A DNA stretch of 62,773 bases, the filler included, from Globobulimina sp. (Eukaryota), in assembly GCA_003354225.1 (NCBI GenBank). It is 19 parts of 19 records of this genome, joined end to end, with 100 filler letters (N's around TTAATTAATTAA, not from the genome) between each part and the next. Parts side by side here need not be neighbours in the genome. Positions count along the whole stretch, not along the records: positions 46,342 to 49,549 come from PIVH01003419.1; positions 49,650 to 52,855 come from PIVH01003420.1; positions 52,956 to 56,161 come from PIVH01003421.1; positions 56,262 to 59,467 come from PIVH01003422.1; 15 more parts are not named here. One strand, 5' to 3'. Below the pieces are notes generated by a model, which saw only the letters and a list, made by a program, of their open reading frames with translations, was not told where the DNA came from and ran no database searches. Positions 47,454 to 59,567 of the stretch are shown here, in pieces. The translations under genes were made by a program, and so were the position numbers. Numbering within the stretch: position 1 is the stretch's first letter; every line of letters starts with the position of its first letter.

Positions 47454-48714
47454 ATGGAACCCTTTCCAGAATACCCTGTGACCCCTTTCCATATATTTAG
47501 GACACTACTTCCTAATGTACTTGGTGAGGATGACAGATTAACCCCAGAATTTATTAGCGAACTGTGTCAAGCATTTAGTAGGGTTGGTTATTTAGAGGAA
47601 CATCAACGAATGTTAAACATTGACAAAGTTTGTGCTCATAACCATTTCAAATCAGAAACTACATTTTGCAACGTAATCATAAAACAAATGAAATATTTTA
47701 TACGTCAGCCAAACAATGAAGCAGCTCGGAGTTTGGTGGTCAGACTGCATAGTTTTATTACAGATGGATGGTGTTCCAGTTGTTGTATTAGGATAACTCC
47801 TCATTTACCAATTTTAAAAATCGGTTTCATTAAACAAATAAAGGAATATGTTGTTATCACTATACTCTGTAACTTATATGTCAATTCAATGCAATATTTT
47901 GCAATTTCAAAGCATTATTTATTTAAACAAAATCATCAAATATTATTTATTTTTGAATTATTTTTATGTTTATTAAATTGTGAGATTATGAGGATAGACC
48001 AACCCGAAATATATTATCAATCACTTTTTTGTTTTGGAGTGCAAATAAACCGTCATTTAGGACTATTAAAGCAAAGACATTGGAAACAATTATTTATCAA
48101 ATCGGAATTGATTGAAACATTAATATCTCGCATAAAAATAGACTTATTGTCCAGAAATAAATCTGTTAATGATAATATTCTCCATCTAATGCATTCTTGT
48201 TTGGCGGTCGTATGCTATTTGTTGCTGAATTTGATGCAAAAATATTTTGAAATTGAGTTCAATTCAAATGATAAATTTAAAATTAAGAAAATTATGACAA
48301 GTTTTAAGAATGATTTGAAAGGAATTCGAAGAAAGATGACACGGAAAATGATTCGTTCATATAAACGTACGGATAATCCAAAGACAATATGGAGAATATG
48401 GATAAAAAAAGAACAAAAGTTCACCAATTTGCATGTGGTTCAGAGGGATGATATGTTTTGCAAATAGTTTGTTGTTCAAATCTGATCCAAATGAATACAC
48501 AATTATGGCGCAAACATATCGGCAAGAAATGATGGTATTAAAAATGGAAAATGTTGAATGCCAATATGCAAAATGTAGAAAAATAAAAAAACGATGTAAA
48601 CAATTTTTTAGATGCAAAAAATGCAATGTATTTAAATATTGTACCCGAAAATGTGCCAAAAAAGATTGGAAACGAGGAACACATCGTGGTTTGTGTAATA
48701 AATATAATATTTAA
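47454..48714 (+). CDS. Protein with C-terminal MYND zinc finger
   Basis: CQYAKC...CKKC....YCTRKCAKKDWKRGTHRGLC. The two ORFs need a short intron (possibly 48419-48467) or a frameshift to join. Confidence 0.7.
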
Positions 48715-48939
48715 ATTATTTTATGTTAAGTTTAAAAAATTCTGAATCGATACACTTGTTGTGTTCTCTTTACATTTTTTTGTTTGAAGGTCGATCCTCA
48801 ATTATACTTTTTACATAGAACAAACCCAAGACAAACCTACAGCATCTGTCGAAACGTCGAACTCTTTACCCTTGTTTGAAAATAACCTTTCTAGAAACAA
48901 ACACCTCAACGAAACCCTTAACATTTAACCTATAGCATA

Positions 48940-49099
48940 TCAAAACATTTTTGGGTACCCCATGTTTTGCCTATCAAAAAAAGCAATATCCAACTACACT
49001 GTGTTTACATAAAAAACAGTGGCTAAACAGTAAATATACAGTGGAAGTGGATATTGTTTTGTTCATAGGCAAAACATGGGGTACCCAAAAATGTTTTGA
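48940..49099. mobile_element. MITE-like 160-bp hairpin element
   Basis: Perfect 35-bp inverted repeat (48940-48974 / 49065-49099) with imperfect pairing continuing inward. No clear target-site duplication. Confidence 0.65.
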
Positions 49100-50040
49100 A
49101 ATGGCAAACCGTTTCTGGATTTGCAAAGTGCTTCGGGTATAATTGAATAAAATGTATACAATATATCGTTTAATCAACCAAAAAATGTTTTCTTTCTAAA
49201 GTCACCTTAAATTCCAAGCATCAAGTTTTTTTCACAATATTAAACATTTCAATGACATCTTTAACTAACAATGAAACAATCAAAAAGAATGATAACACAC
49301 AGGTTATTGCAGAATTCTTGACAAAAAACAAGGATTCATTAACAGACTGTGTCAAAGGATGCTGTGCAATCTCAAAGCAAGATTTTCTAGCAACATGTGA
49401 TGCATTATGGGACACTAAAGTACGAGACCCGTGCGGTGATTCGCATATTTTTCAAGATTTATTACTTGACAGTAATTTCTGGTATTATTCATTTTGTCAT
49501 AAAAGGGTGGTGCAAGAAAATCACACGACTTTCGCACCGATTTTTTTCANNNNNNNNNNNNNNNNNNNNNNNNNNNNNNNNNNNNNNNNNNNNTTAATTA
49601 ATTAANNNNNNNNNNNNNNNNNNNNNNNNNNNNNNNNNNNNNNNNNNNNCTGTTTAAATGGACTCTGAAAAAAGTGCAAGTTTTACAATATTCAAAAACA
49701 ATATATAAGATACTGTTCAGCAAAACTTAGTATACCGAATATTGTTTTGATACGAACAGCAAATCAAAAAATGCACAAATTACAACAAAGAAAAACATAC
49801 ACGCACAGTACACAATTTGTGTGATGAATATAAGAAATCATTGTTAGCGTAGAAAAACAGACCAAAAATTAACAACAAAATCTGCTATGCAATAACACAA
49901 AAAACAAACAATTCACAGCAAAGTAACCAAAACCAAGCAAAATTACATATAATTATAAATATAGAAAAAAAACAATTATAAAACAAAAAAACACACGCAA
50001 TGTTTGCATGTTTACTTTACTATGATTGTTATGCAACATT

Positions 50041-51501
50041 TCATTGTAATTCCATACGCGCCGATTGACATATTTTAAGTCTACATTTCTTACTACTTTT
50101 CTTTTTACGTGGTCTTAACACAGAAGTTCTATCAATACAAACCCGTTCGGACTGCGAATTCTTTAATTTTAATTTCTTTTTTGTATGTTCACGTTCACGT
50201 TTTCGTTTTCGTCTCGATTCCCGTTTTCGTCTCGATTTCCGTTTTCGTCTCGATTTCCGTTTCCGTTTTCTATATTCCTCATTATCCAGAAACGTAAACC
50301 CATCATTTATGTCCCTATCCTCCTCCTCCTCTTCACCTGTCCCAATCGACGGAAACCTCGTTACAACCGGCTGTAAATGTATCGGTGTAACGGTCACATT
50401 GGAATTTACAGAATAATTTGGCGTTAAATGTGGTATATGCAACCCGTACACATCAGGTAAATCCTCAAAACTCGTACTGGACAATTCAAAAACATCCGTA
50501 ATCTGGCTATGAGTGCCTAAACCACTGCAACTTGTCTTTGTAGGCACCGGTGACCTGTAAGCGACTATGGGTGACAACAAACTGATGGTCAACCCGGCTG
50601 TGCGTAGTATCTTAAATGTGGGTATTATGGCATTCAAGGGACTCATTGCATTGCTCATAAGGTCTGGCAAGCGCGAAGGCCGCGCGGTGGGTAAATCAGT
50701 GAGGATTTGAGGCATACAAAATTTGTGCTCTTCGCGTGGATTATTATCCAAAACGCGACCCAATGGAATGGTGTGTGCGGATTTATTGCGTTTGGTAGGT
50801 TTTAACTGTGTCTTTACCAAACGAAATATGTTATTTTTATCATTGGAACTCCACGAATTACTGTCAATTATGGAGGGGGTATTTAGTATTTTCGAGTGGA
50901 TTTTTTTATTTTTTATGATTTGTTTATTTAATTGTTGCTGTAATTGATGTTGTTTGATGGCATTTGCCTGCACTTTGAAACCTTTCCAGAAGCCTTCAAA
51001 GGACACGGTTAAGGTTTGTTGCGTGTCCATATAATACCAATATTGAGAGATGTATTGATGCGAATAGCCATGTTTGGTTAAATAAAAATAAAATTCTGGC
51101 CATGTTACTGTTGTAATTACGTTTTTTGGCCATGTAAAAATAAAAACGTTTTTTGTGTATACGTAACTTTGACCGTCTCCGTTTTCGTCATATTGCTGGA
51201 AGATTTTGAAAGTATCAATTACAAATTCATAGTCTGCGCGCGAGGAAAGGATTAATTCGAAATCATTGGATTTGATCAAGTTTAAAAAATCATCGAAATG
51301 GACGGTTTTGGAATTGTTTGAGTCTGCGAGCGCAAATAACGCCATTTGTTCGGTTTCATCATTAATGCCAAGATCTTCGAGTGCGTTTCCAAACTCATTT
51401 TCGTTTAAAAGACCATCATTGTCGGTATCGTAGCGTTGGAATATGGATTTTAAAACAATGTTAGGTGTTTCTGGATGGATTGCGGATTTGCTGGTGTGCA
51501 T
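50041..51501 (-). CDS. EF-hand calcium-binding protein with low-complexity, basic C-terminus
   Basis: Loops DTDNDGLLNENE and DSNNSKTVHFDD. Removing the in-frame 60-nt intron 51108-51167 restores DENGDGQITWPE. An 18-nt tandem repeat at about 50204-50270 encodes RKRKSR units. Confidence 0.8.
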   Translation of the reverse strand: MHTSKSAIHPETPNIVLKSIFQRYDTDNDGLLNENEFGNALEDLGINDETEQMALFALADSNNSKTVHFDDFLNLIKSNDFELILSSRADYEFVIDTFKIFQQYDENGDGQSYVYTKNVFIFTWPKNVITTVTWPEFYFYLTKHGYSHQYISQYWYYMDTQQTLTVSFEGFWKGFKVQANAIKQHQLQQQLNKQIIKNKKIHSKILNTPSIIDSNSWSSNDKNNIFRLVKTQLKPTKRNKSAHTIPLGRVLDNNPREEHKFCMPQILTDLPTARPSRLPDLMSNAMSPLNAIIPTFKILRTAGLTISLLSPIVAYRSPVPTKTSCSGLGTHSQITDVFELSSTSFEDLPDVYGLHIPHLTPNYSVNSNVTVTPIHLQPVVTRFPSIGTGEEEEEDRDINDGFTFLDNEEYRKRKRKSRRKRKSRRKRESRRKRKREREHTKKKLKLKNSQSERVCIDRTSVLRPRKKKSSKKCRLKICQSARMELQ

Positions 51502-51574
51502 TGTGACATGAACGCAAAGATAAAGTTTTTGCCTATATCAAACAGATAAAGTTTTTAACATCTTCGCACTGATT

Positions 51575-52743
51575 ATGGCTTCTGAAAATGCGTTAGATGT
51601 AAAACAAGCAAACTGGAATGCCTTTGTTGCGTCAATTGTGAAGGGGGCAGGATTACCATCCACTTGTTTGGTGCGTTTTGCATTCAAGGATTCTGAGGCA
51701 CAAAGACACGAAATCAACAATTGGAAAGAATTAAATTCATTATCACAACAATACACTGAATACAGCATAACAATTGATAACAATGAATATATTACAATGT
51801 GCATTATGATTGAAATATTGGCATTAAATTTCACTGATTTTTGCAAGCGCTTCAACTATGAACATAATATATATGATACACATAACAAAAATAAAAAACA
51901 TAAAAAGCATAAAAAATTTAAATTATCTGCATTGGCCACTACAACCGCTGTAATCCGACGTAAAACCACCCGAATCCGGCCAGTAATTTCAATGATATCT
52001 GAATTAAGTCACTTGCAATTAACTAAATTAGCAGAGGACGCTAACGATACAGCTCCCGATATGCAGCATATGATGGCAATGGAAGACAGTGAGCCAGACC
52101 TTCCTGAAGAAAAAAAACAGGATTTTTATACTCCTCATCCAAGCCAGGTAAGCTTTATAGGTATATTTATGTATACGATATGTGCACGGATTACATGCAG
52201 AGGGATACATGGAATGTGGGCTCGAAAGTCGAGATATATTCCAATTCACAGAAACAATGGTTTGAGGGCACCATACGAGAGATAAGCAATGATAATGAAG
52301 GCGAATGGCTAAAAGTGCAATATAATGCAAATTCTGTGAAAAAAAACAAACAAATTCAAAGGTATAACAGTCAAATTCGACCAGTTATGATTATGTATAC
52401 TGACAGTTGCGATGAAAAAGCACACGCTAAAAACGGTTTGTTTGACATTGTGAGCAGGAAAAAGAGTGCGCGGAAGGCGGTTTATGGGTATTTAGATAAA
52501 GTGGTGGATGAACTGAATGGAAAGGGATATAATGACATAAATAAAATAGTATCGGCTATGAAAGTTGTTTTGAATGCGGAGAAAGTTATTTATGAAATAA
52601 GAAATTGTAAGTCACATAAAAGGAATTCATACGCTGTGAAAGAGATAAGTGTAGGGATTGGGGGCTGGGAGTGTAAGAAATGTACTTTGCTAAATTATAA
52701 AGACTTTAATAAATGCATAGCTTGCGATAATCCAAGACTGTGA
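51575..52743 (+). CDS. Protein with Tudor/Agenet-like barrel and C-terminal RanBP2-type zinc finger
   Basis: Intron 52148-52200; WNVGSKVEIYS...WFEGTI...EWLKVQY; WECKKCTLLNYKDFNKCIACDNPR. Confidence 0.7.
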
Positions 52744-52956
52744 ATCAATGCATTGTGTGCTCTAAATTAAATATAGTGTAAAATCTGAATTGCTTTTCTT
52801 TTTTCAATATGAATATTGGATACATCATTCATTTGCATTACTTTTTGTATTGTTCNNNNNNNNNNNNNNNNNNNNNNNNNNNNNNNNNNNNNNNNNNNNT
52901 TAATTAATTAANNNNNNNNNNNNNNNNNNNNNNNNNNNNNNNNNNNNNNNNNNNNA

Positions 52957-54879
52957 AAAATTGAAACATCAATCAATTCTTTATGGAAATTAATAAAATA
53001 TTACGCTAACTTTATCTCAAATAATAAGGAAAATGATGGCAAATTAGAAAGTGAATTTGATGCAAATGACATATTACTTTTATGCACAAATGATATTTCT
53101 AAACATAAAATATCGAATTGGCTTTCTTCTATTTTACAAAATCAGCGCAGTGGGTTATATCCAGTCGAATTATTACCATCAATGAGCTATCAAATGCAAC
53201 ATTTATTACAAAATGATTCAAAATCAGTAATAGAAAAAGAATTGAATAAATTTTCCGATAAACATTCAACAAATATTCCTGAATTGCCATCATTTTTATC
53301 ATTGATAATATCGCCAACATTAGGAAGAGAAAAATGGTTAAATTCAATGTTAAATTTATGTGAATATTATAAACATCCAAAGATTGGATTATATCATAAT
53401 GCGGCAGCAATATATTTATCCTTGTCATCACCACCATATATACATTTATGTATTGATATGTACTGTGATATTCATTATTATGTTGAAGCATTAATCATTG
53501 CAAAATATCATTTGTTACCAAATCATCCAAAAATTAAAAAAATATTATATTTATACGCTGATAAATGTTTATCAAAAAACAATTATATTATGGCTATAAA
53601 ATGTTATTTATCCACGTTATCACTTCATACAAATAATAACACATTCTTTAAAAAACAATTTATTGAAATTATGGGGAAATACGTATTTGAAATATTGTTA
53701 AAACACTATTTTATTAATTCATTCCACTCCTAATATAATGCATTTGTATCATTAAAAAGTTCAAAAACAGAAAATCTGAAACTAAATAAACGACGAATCG
53801 GAAAAAATGATATTAACTCTTTGATATTATTGTATGATATTATTCATTTATTATCTGATATATTAACACCTGAAATAACAGATGTTATTAATAAACAATA
53901 CATTGATGATATATTTGCAATATATTGGATATTAACATTATGTGTTTACTCTCAATCGCCAAATATTAAACAAGTTATTGATTCAAACAAAATGTTATCT
54001 CTCCATAAATGGCCATTTGTGGCTAATTGTCAATTATTTGCGTGGGAATCATTGTTTTTCTTTGCTTCAATTTTAGATGTTGATAAATTTAATATGATCA
54101 TGATTGATAGCACTCAAATATCTGAAAACATCCACATTGATAAAAATAATATTTTTGAAATATATTCATTATTACAAAGAAACACATTTTCCATTCGTAT
54201 TGATTATATTATAAAATGTTATATTTTACCAAATGATCATAATCAAATAAGAAGGATACATTGTGTTAAATTTGCAAATTATTTATTTGAAAGTTATTGT
54301 TATTCATATTCGAAAGATTATGCATTTGAATTTGAATCAGTTCTATGGGACAGTTTAAAGTACGCATCAACATATAATACATTATTATTATTACACGCAT
54401 ATCTTAGAGGTTTGCTATCGTTTTGGAAGAATAATATTAACAGTCATTTATTTATTGTTGTAAATTTAATATTTAATACGTTGGAGCGATTTCAAAATGT
54501 TAATATTAATATTGATGTTGTGAATTTATTACAAGATTATATAAATGTAATAAATATATTTTCTCAAGTAAACCAATCTCAATCTGTTGATCTGTGTAAA
54601 TGCAAATTAATTATTAAGTTTTTGGTGTTGTTATTATCTTCAATCAAAATTACAGAAACAATTCAGAATCTTTTGGATAAAAATGGAAATTTGTGGATGT
54701 TTGTTCAAAACGTAATGAATGATAAAAATCTCAATACAATTGAGTCATTAATTGAAAAATGTAAAAATATGTTTATAGCGCAACAAGAATTCAATGATCC
54801 ATATTTGGCTCAATACAAAGCTCAGATTATTGCCCGAGAATGTTTGAGTTCTATTATTGAGAATGTGCTTTTATCTTAA
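52957..54879 (+). CDS. Gemin5-like protein, C-terminal part with TPR-like dimerisation region
   Basis: SPTLGREKW...YHNAAAIYLS...YYVEALIIAKYHLLPNHPKIKKILYLYADKCLSKNNYIMAIKCYL resembles the Gemin5 middle region as recalled. One frame throughout; the TAA at 53731 could be removed by a candidate intron 53697-53759. Confidence 0.6.
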
Positions 54880-54940
54880 ATTGTGGTTCAACGTTATAGT
54901 ACTTATATAATTCAAAACATAACAATAATTATAAAAAGCT

Positions 54941-56034
54941 TTAGTCTTTTATTGATTGCACTGCAAAAACCTCCAAACTACTAACTTTCGGTGTTGACTG
55001 TTGATAATAACGTCGTTTCTGTTCATGTTCATCTTCATGTTCCGATTCATTACCGTTGTATGTCATAAATTGACCAAATTTTATATCTGCAATCGGTGAA
55101 TAAAAATAACGTGAATCCTTAGTGGTAGAAATATGGCCGCCGCTAGTAATATAAAAATGATTATATCCAAAATTAGGACCATCTGCATTAGCAGCAACCA
55201 TAATATTTTCGTTTGCGGTTAGATTTGTTGCTAATAAAGGTAGGGATATGTCTAATTTCTTGGTTAACGCCTCATTTCTCAATACAAATAATTTAGAAGC
55301 AACTGATCCCTCAACAAACCATCCACAATTTCCTCCTCTACTCTCGAGACCACGTTTATGCGGACTGAACCATGATTTATCACAATAACCACCAATTACC
55401 ATTGATCCACAATCAATTATAAATATAGTCGCTCCTTTCTCATCAACACAATCATGGAATTTATACGAATCATATTGTTTGAATGAATTTTTATCTTTGT
55501 CATCAATGATTGGTGATACGTTATACAATCTATCTGTCATATATGTATTAATTGGTATGACATTGTTATAAATCCATTGAATGTCATCCCATTTTAATAT
55601 TTGAGTTTCTATGCACAATGAACATAATTCTGATATAAATTTTAATATTGCATCTGGTACTACTATTTTGTAGATTTGTTCACAAACTCTATGAATTGCG
55701 TTTGCAATCATTGTCTCATACTCAACACTCCAATATTTCAAAGGTCCAACATTTAGATCCAATATTTGCTTATTTAGCAATGCTTTGACTTTGGAATATA
55801 ATTTTTGTGGAATTTCTTCTTTTATCTCTTCGTTTCCATTTAAATCAGCTTTCACAAAATCAAAATCATACTGTGTAGTACATGTAAAATGTTTAAATGT
55901 ATATAAATTTTACACAACCTCGATCATACAGTTGCCAATACCTCCTGTGTGTCTATAACATTTTTCAGTACATCCAAATCTTCTTCATCTTTAAGTGTTA
56001 CATACAATTCTTCTAAAGAGTGTATGACATTCAT
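54941..56034 (-). CDS. TLDc-domain protein
   Basis: FHDCVDEKGATIFII...IGGYCDKSW...GPNFG...LEVFAV. Probable first intron about 55874-55941. Confidence 0.75.
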
Positions 56035-56261
56035 TTTTACCTTGATTTTGGTTAATTATATAACCCACTCCCCCGGTCCATTTGATTCGCATCAAAACAA
56101 TTTATTCTTCTTCAAAATACCAAGAAAGCAATCGGTGAATTTTGTGTATACGTACTATATANNNNNNNNNNNNNNNNNNNNNNNNNNNNNNNNNNNNNNN
56201 NNNNNTTAATTAATTAANNNNNNNNNNNNNNNNNNNNNNNNNNNNNNNNNNNNNNNNNNNN

Positions 56262-58990
56262 AGCTGTTTTTAAAAAACTTTTATTTTGCAGATTTCGTGG
56301 AGCATGGCAGAAACTTCCACCACTATTTGGAAGCTGTGAAGCACAGATTTGTGTTAGGCACATCTTTGGGGACTAGGAAATATTGTTATTGGTCTGCACA
56401 ACATTGAGATCAAAATTTCGCGGCAAATTAAGTGATAAATATATTGAATCTGGCATCAATAAATCAATTAATGTCAATTATGTTGAAAAATTAATCAATG
56501 ATTCATATAAATTAAAATCAACAACAAATAATAATAACAATCCAAACAACAACAACAGCAATCGAACTAATACTAGAATTGGTCCACGAAAACCAAAATG
56601 TAGATTTTTAGATACTGCGACTGGGTGTTTTGCAAAAAGTGCATCACATTTCCAGAATTTTTGGCATCCACAGTCAACTAACAAACAACAACCAACTGCA
56701 CCAAATGCATCTAAATCAGCTGTCAACTCCGCCGCTACAGCTTCTACAATTAAACCTAAAACAACATGAACAAAAATATTTACTGTATATTTTTGTTATG
56801 TTTAGAAACGTTTTTCTTTCTGTATTATACGCTTTTAATTATACAAATGTGTTTGGTTTTGTTTGCGTATTTATTTATATCTTTGTCTCATGCTTGCCAT
56901 TTTTAACAGGATAACAATCTATATTCCGATGAAGATCCATTCATTTTGAGTCATCCCGATATAAAACCTCACTTAGAACGTCTTCGGAAAATTATACCGA
57001 AAAAAAGACCGAGCTGGTTCTTACCCCATACAGCCTGGGCATACGCCTTACGTAATTATGGTACAACATCTGCCGGATTGCCAGGTCCATCACTTATTCC
57101 AAATCTATCACGCTCAGACCCAGCCTATAAAAACTTTGTTTTACAATGGAATCAAACAGGTTGGCCTATGACTTTAAATCCAAATATTCGTACATTTGGA
57201 TCAAAAAATAATTATCCGGCAACCGTTGAACATATTATTTCCGGTTTAAAATTAATTGAACGCCGTACTATAGCTGGCTACTTATGGGGGCCTTTTAACA
57301 GCTTGCATGAACTAAATTTTCAGTCAAAATATAAACCTGTGCAATGGGCAACATTTTATAAAGATGAAACAAAGAAAGTTCGCTTTCTCATTAATATGTC
57401 CGACAGATCCAGAGGACCTTCCTTAAATGATAATATTTCACAACAAGAAAAAACAGTATCATATCTAGATATTATACAAATTATTACAACAATTTTTTAT
57501 TGTAATATACGCCTTTGAGGCTTACTACAGAGTACCTATCCAACAAAAACATTGGCCTTTACTTGGTATCAAGATTTGTAAATTATTTTTCTTTTTTACA
57601 TGTCTTGTTATGGGTATGGCTACTGCCTGTAGACTATACACTGAATTCGGAGATATAGTATGTTGGATAATTATAAATAATTGTGGTGATTTATTTTACA
57701 CTCACGATCAAACACATAACACACAAAAAGTTTTATTATATCATTACATTGATGATTTTCTTGGCTTACATCAGACCAAAGCTGGTGCTGAGTCACAGAT
57801 GTATTGGGCTTTATGGTGGTGGTATCTCTTAGGAATACCCAGTCAAATGCGCAAATCCACGCCGCCTACACAAATTTTAACTTATATTGGATATGTTTTT
57901 GATTTAATCCAATATAAACTATTCATTCCCAAAAAACGTTTATCAAAATATTTTAAAAACATCCATAAACTTTATAATTTATATCATAATCATATTCGTG
58001 TTTCTGTCCATGACTTACAATCCATTGTAGGACAGCTCCGATCCATCACCACTGTCTTTCGGGATATCATCCCATTCCTTCGTTCATTTGAACGCGTTAC
58101 AGGGCGCTTAGATACCCATAAACGTATTTATATTTCATACGAACAAATAAATGATCTTCATATGATTGAAGACCTCATACATTTACTATATAATCGGGGT
58201 GTAACCTTTCAATGGTTACTTCAATCCAATACCACTCCGGATATCACAATCTATACCGATGCGTCCACCTCAATTGGTTTAGGTGGCTTCATTGACTCCA
58301 AACCAGCTCCTTATTTCTGGTTTAATTGGCTAAACACATCCCGTTGGTCCACATACCATGAAAAACCAGATATACTTTTCATGGAATTATTAAGCTTGGT
58401 AATATCCGCCAAAATTTGGTCTCCGATGTGGAGTAATAAAATAATCCATTTTTATTGTGATAATACAGGCGTTGTGGGTATGCTTAATAGAGGTTGTGCC
58501 TGTTTACGGCGTTATGATTGTAACGCTTTATTGCGTAAACTCGCCTTATTGCACGCACACAATTTATTTAAATCAAAAACATTATCAATAAAAGGTGATG
58601 ATAATATTATAGCCGATGGGCTATCCAGAAACAAAACACTCCAAAACCATTGGAATTTATCCACAAAAGCAACTCCGTGTAATAATATCATTGAAGAGCT
58701 ACTTTCATGTTTCTACGATAATATCTCCCGTATGCGCGACGAGAATTTGCAATTCTGTGATTGCACCAATGACTATCTCTGCAAATTACAGAGATTAAAA
58801 CACAATTAACTTTGACTTATAAAAATTGGAGTTATTACCAACAACATTGGATTGTTTTTTGTGATTTATACGGATTTAATCCTTTTAATATAACAGAGTC
58901 ACAATTAAAACGATATGCGTCATGGAAAATTTTAAATAATAATAATGCATCAGGTTCATTACGTAACCATTGTTACGCAATAAGAAACTA
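56262..58990 (+). mobile_element. DIRS-like (tyrosine recombinase) retrotransposon: gag end, RT-RNase H, start of YR
   Basis: Gag-like ORF to 56769 with a Cys/His motif. Pol 56946-58809 has KVRFLINMS, AYYRVP, LVMG, YIDD and RNase H motifs YTDAS / MELL / CDN / ADGLSR. A frameshift at about 57517 removes the first RT aspartate motif. Integrase N-terminal-like ORF from 58812. Confidence 0.88.
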
Positions 58991-59467
58991 TGGTTTATTG
59001 CCTCAATCAAATATTCCTGTTTCCTATACAATCGATGGAGGTACACCAGTTTCTGATACGCTGGAAACTATCCTTAACCTGGATTCTTATGTGGATTTCA
59101 CTTTTGAAGAAACAGCTGATTTATCCATTCCTGGTCATATCTATACCATTGAAGTATGTACTCATCTTGTAGGAGATGAATATCCTTATGACGATTGTGT
59201 AAATAAACTTGTTGAAAATATTGATACAACTTTTGGAAGTATTGAAGGTTATGTAACAAATTGTTTAAATGGAGATCCATTGGAGGGAGCATCAGTTTCT
59301 TGTGATATCTGGACATCAATAACCGGATCAGATGGATATTATTCAATTTCTGACATACCTTCTGGTACATATGACATAAGTTGCTTTTATCCCGGATTTT
59401 GCCCGTTTGACACAACAATCACATTTATTCAAGGCTCTGGTGTTACTCTTGATATAGAGTTATGCCC
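58990..59467 (+). CDS. Bacterial-like CARDB/Ig-like plus carboxypeptidase-regulatory-like domains, in frame with the YR N-terminus
   Basis: NYGLLPQSNIPVSYTIDGG...FTFEETADLS...GDEYPYDD, then GSIEGYVTN...PLEGASV...TGSDGYYSISDIPSGTYDISC. This style is typical of large secreted proteins of FCB-group bacteria. Confidence 0.65.
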
Positions 59468-59567
59468 NNNNNNNNNNNNNNNNNNNNNNNNNNNNNNNNN
59501 NNNNNNNNNNNTTAATTAATTAANNNNNNNNNNNNNNNNNNNNNNNNNNNNNNNNNNNNNNNNNNNN

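Noticed and set aside
53731-53733. In-frame TAA suggesting a ciliate-type genetic code
   Set aside because: It can be removed by a frame-preserving 63-nt candidate intron (53697-53759), and TAA is the normal terminator of HBS1, COPB2, GPT and HLCS here.
26725-58990. Treating the YR (contig 9) and the RT-RNase H (contig 18) as one element or gene cluster
   Set aside because: They are on separate contigs, and contig 18 has its own, different YR start.
3213-59567. Regularly spaced TTAATTAATTAA repeats resembling an array
   Set aside because: Artificial N-padded linkers between length-sorted contigs; not CRISPR and not biological.
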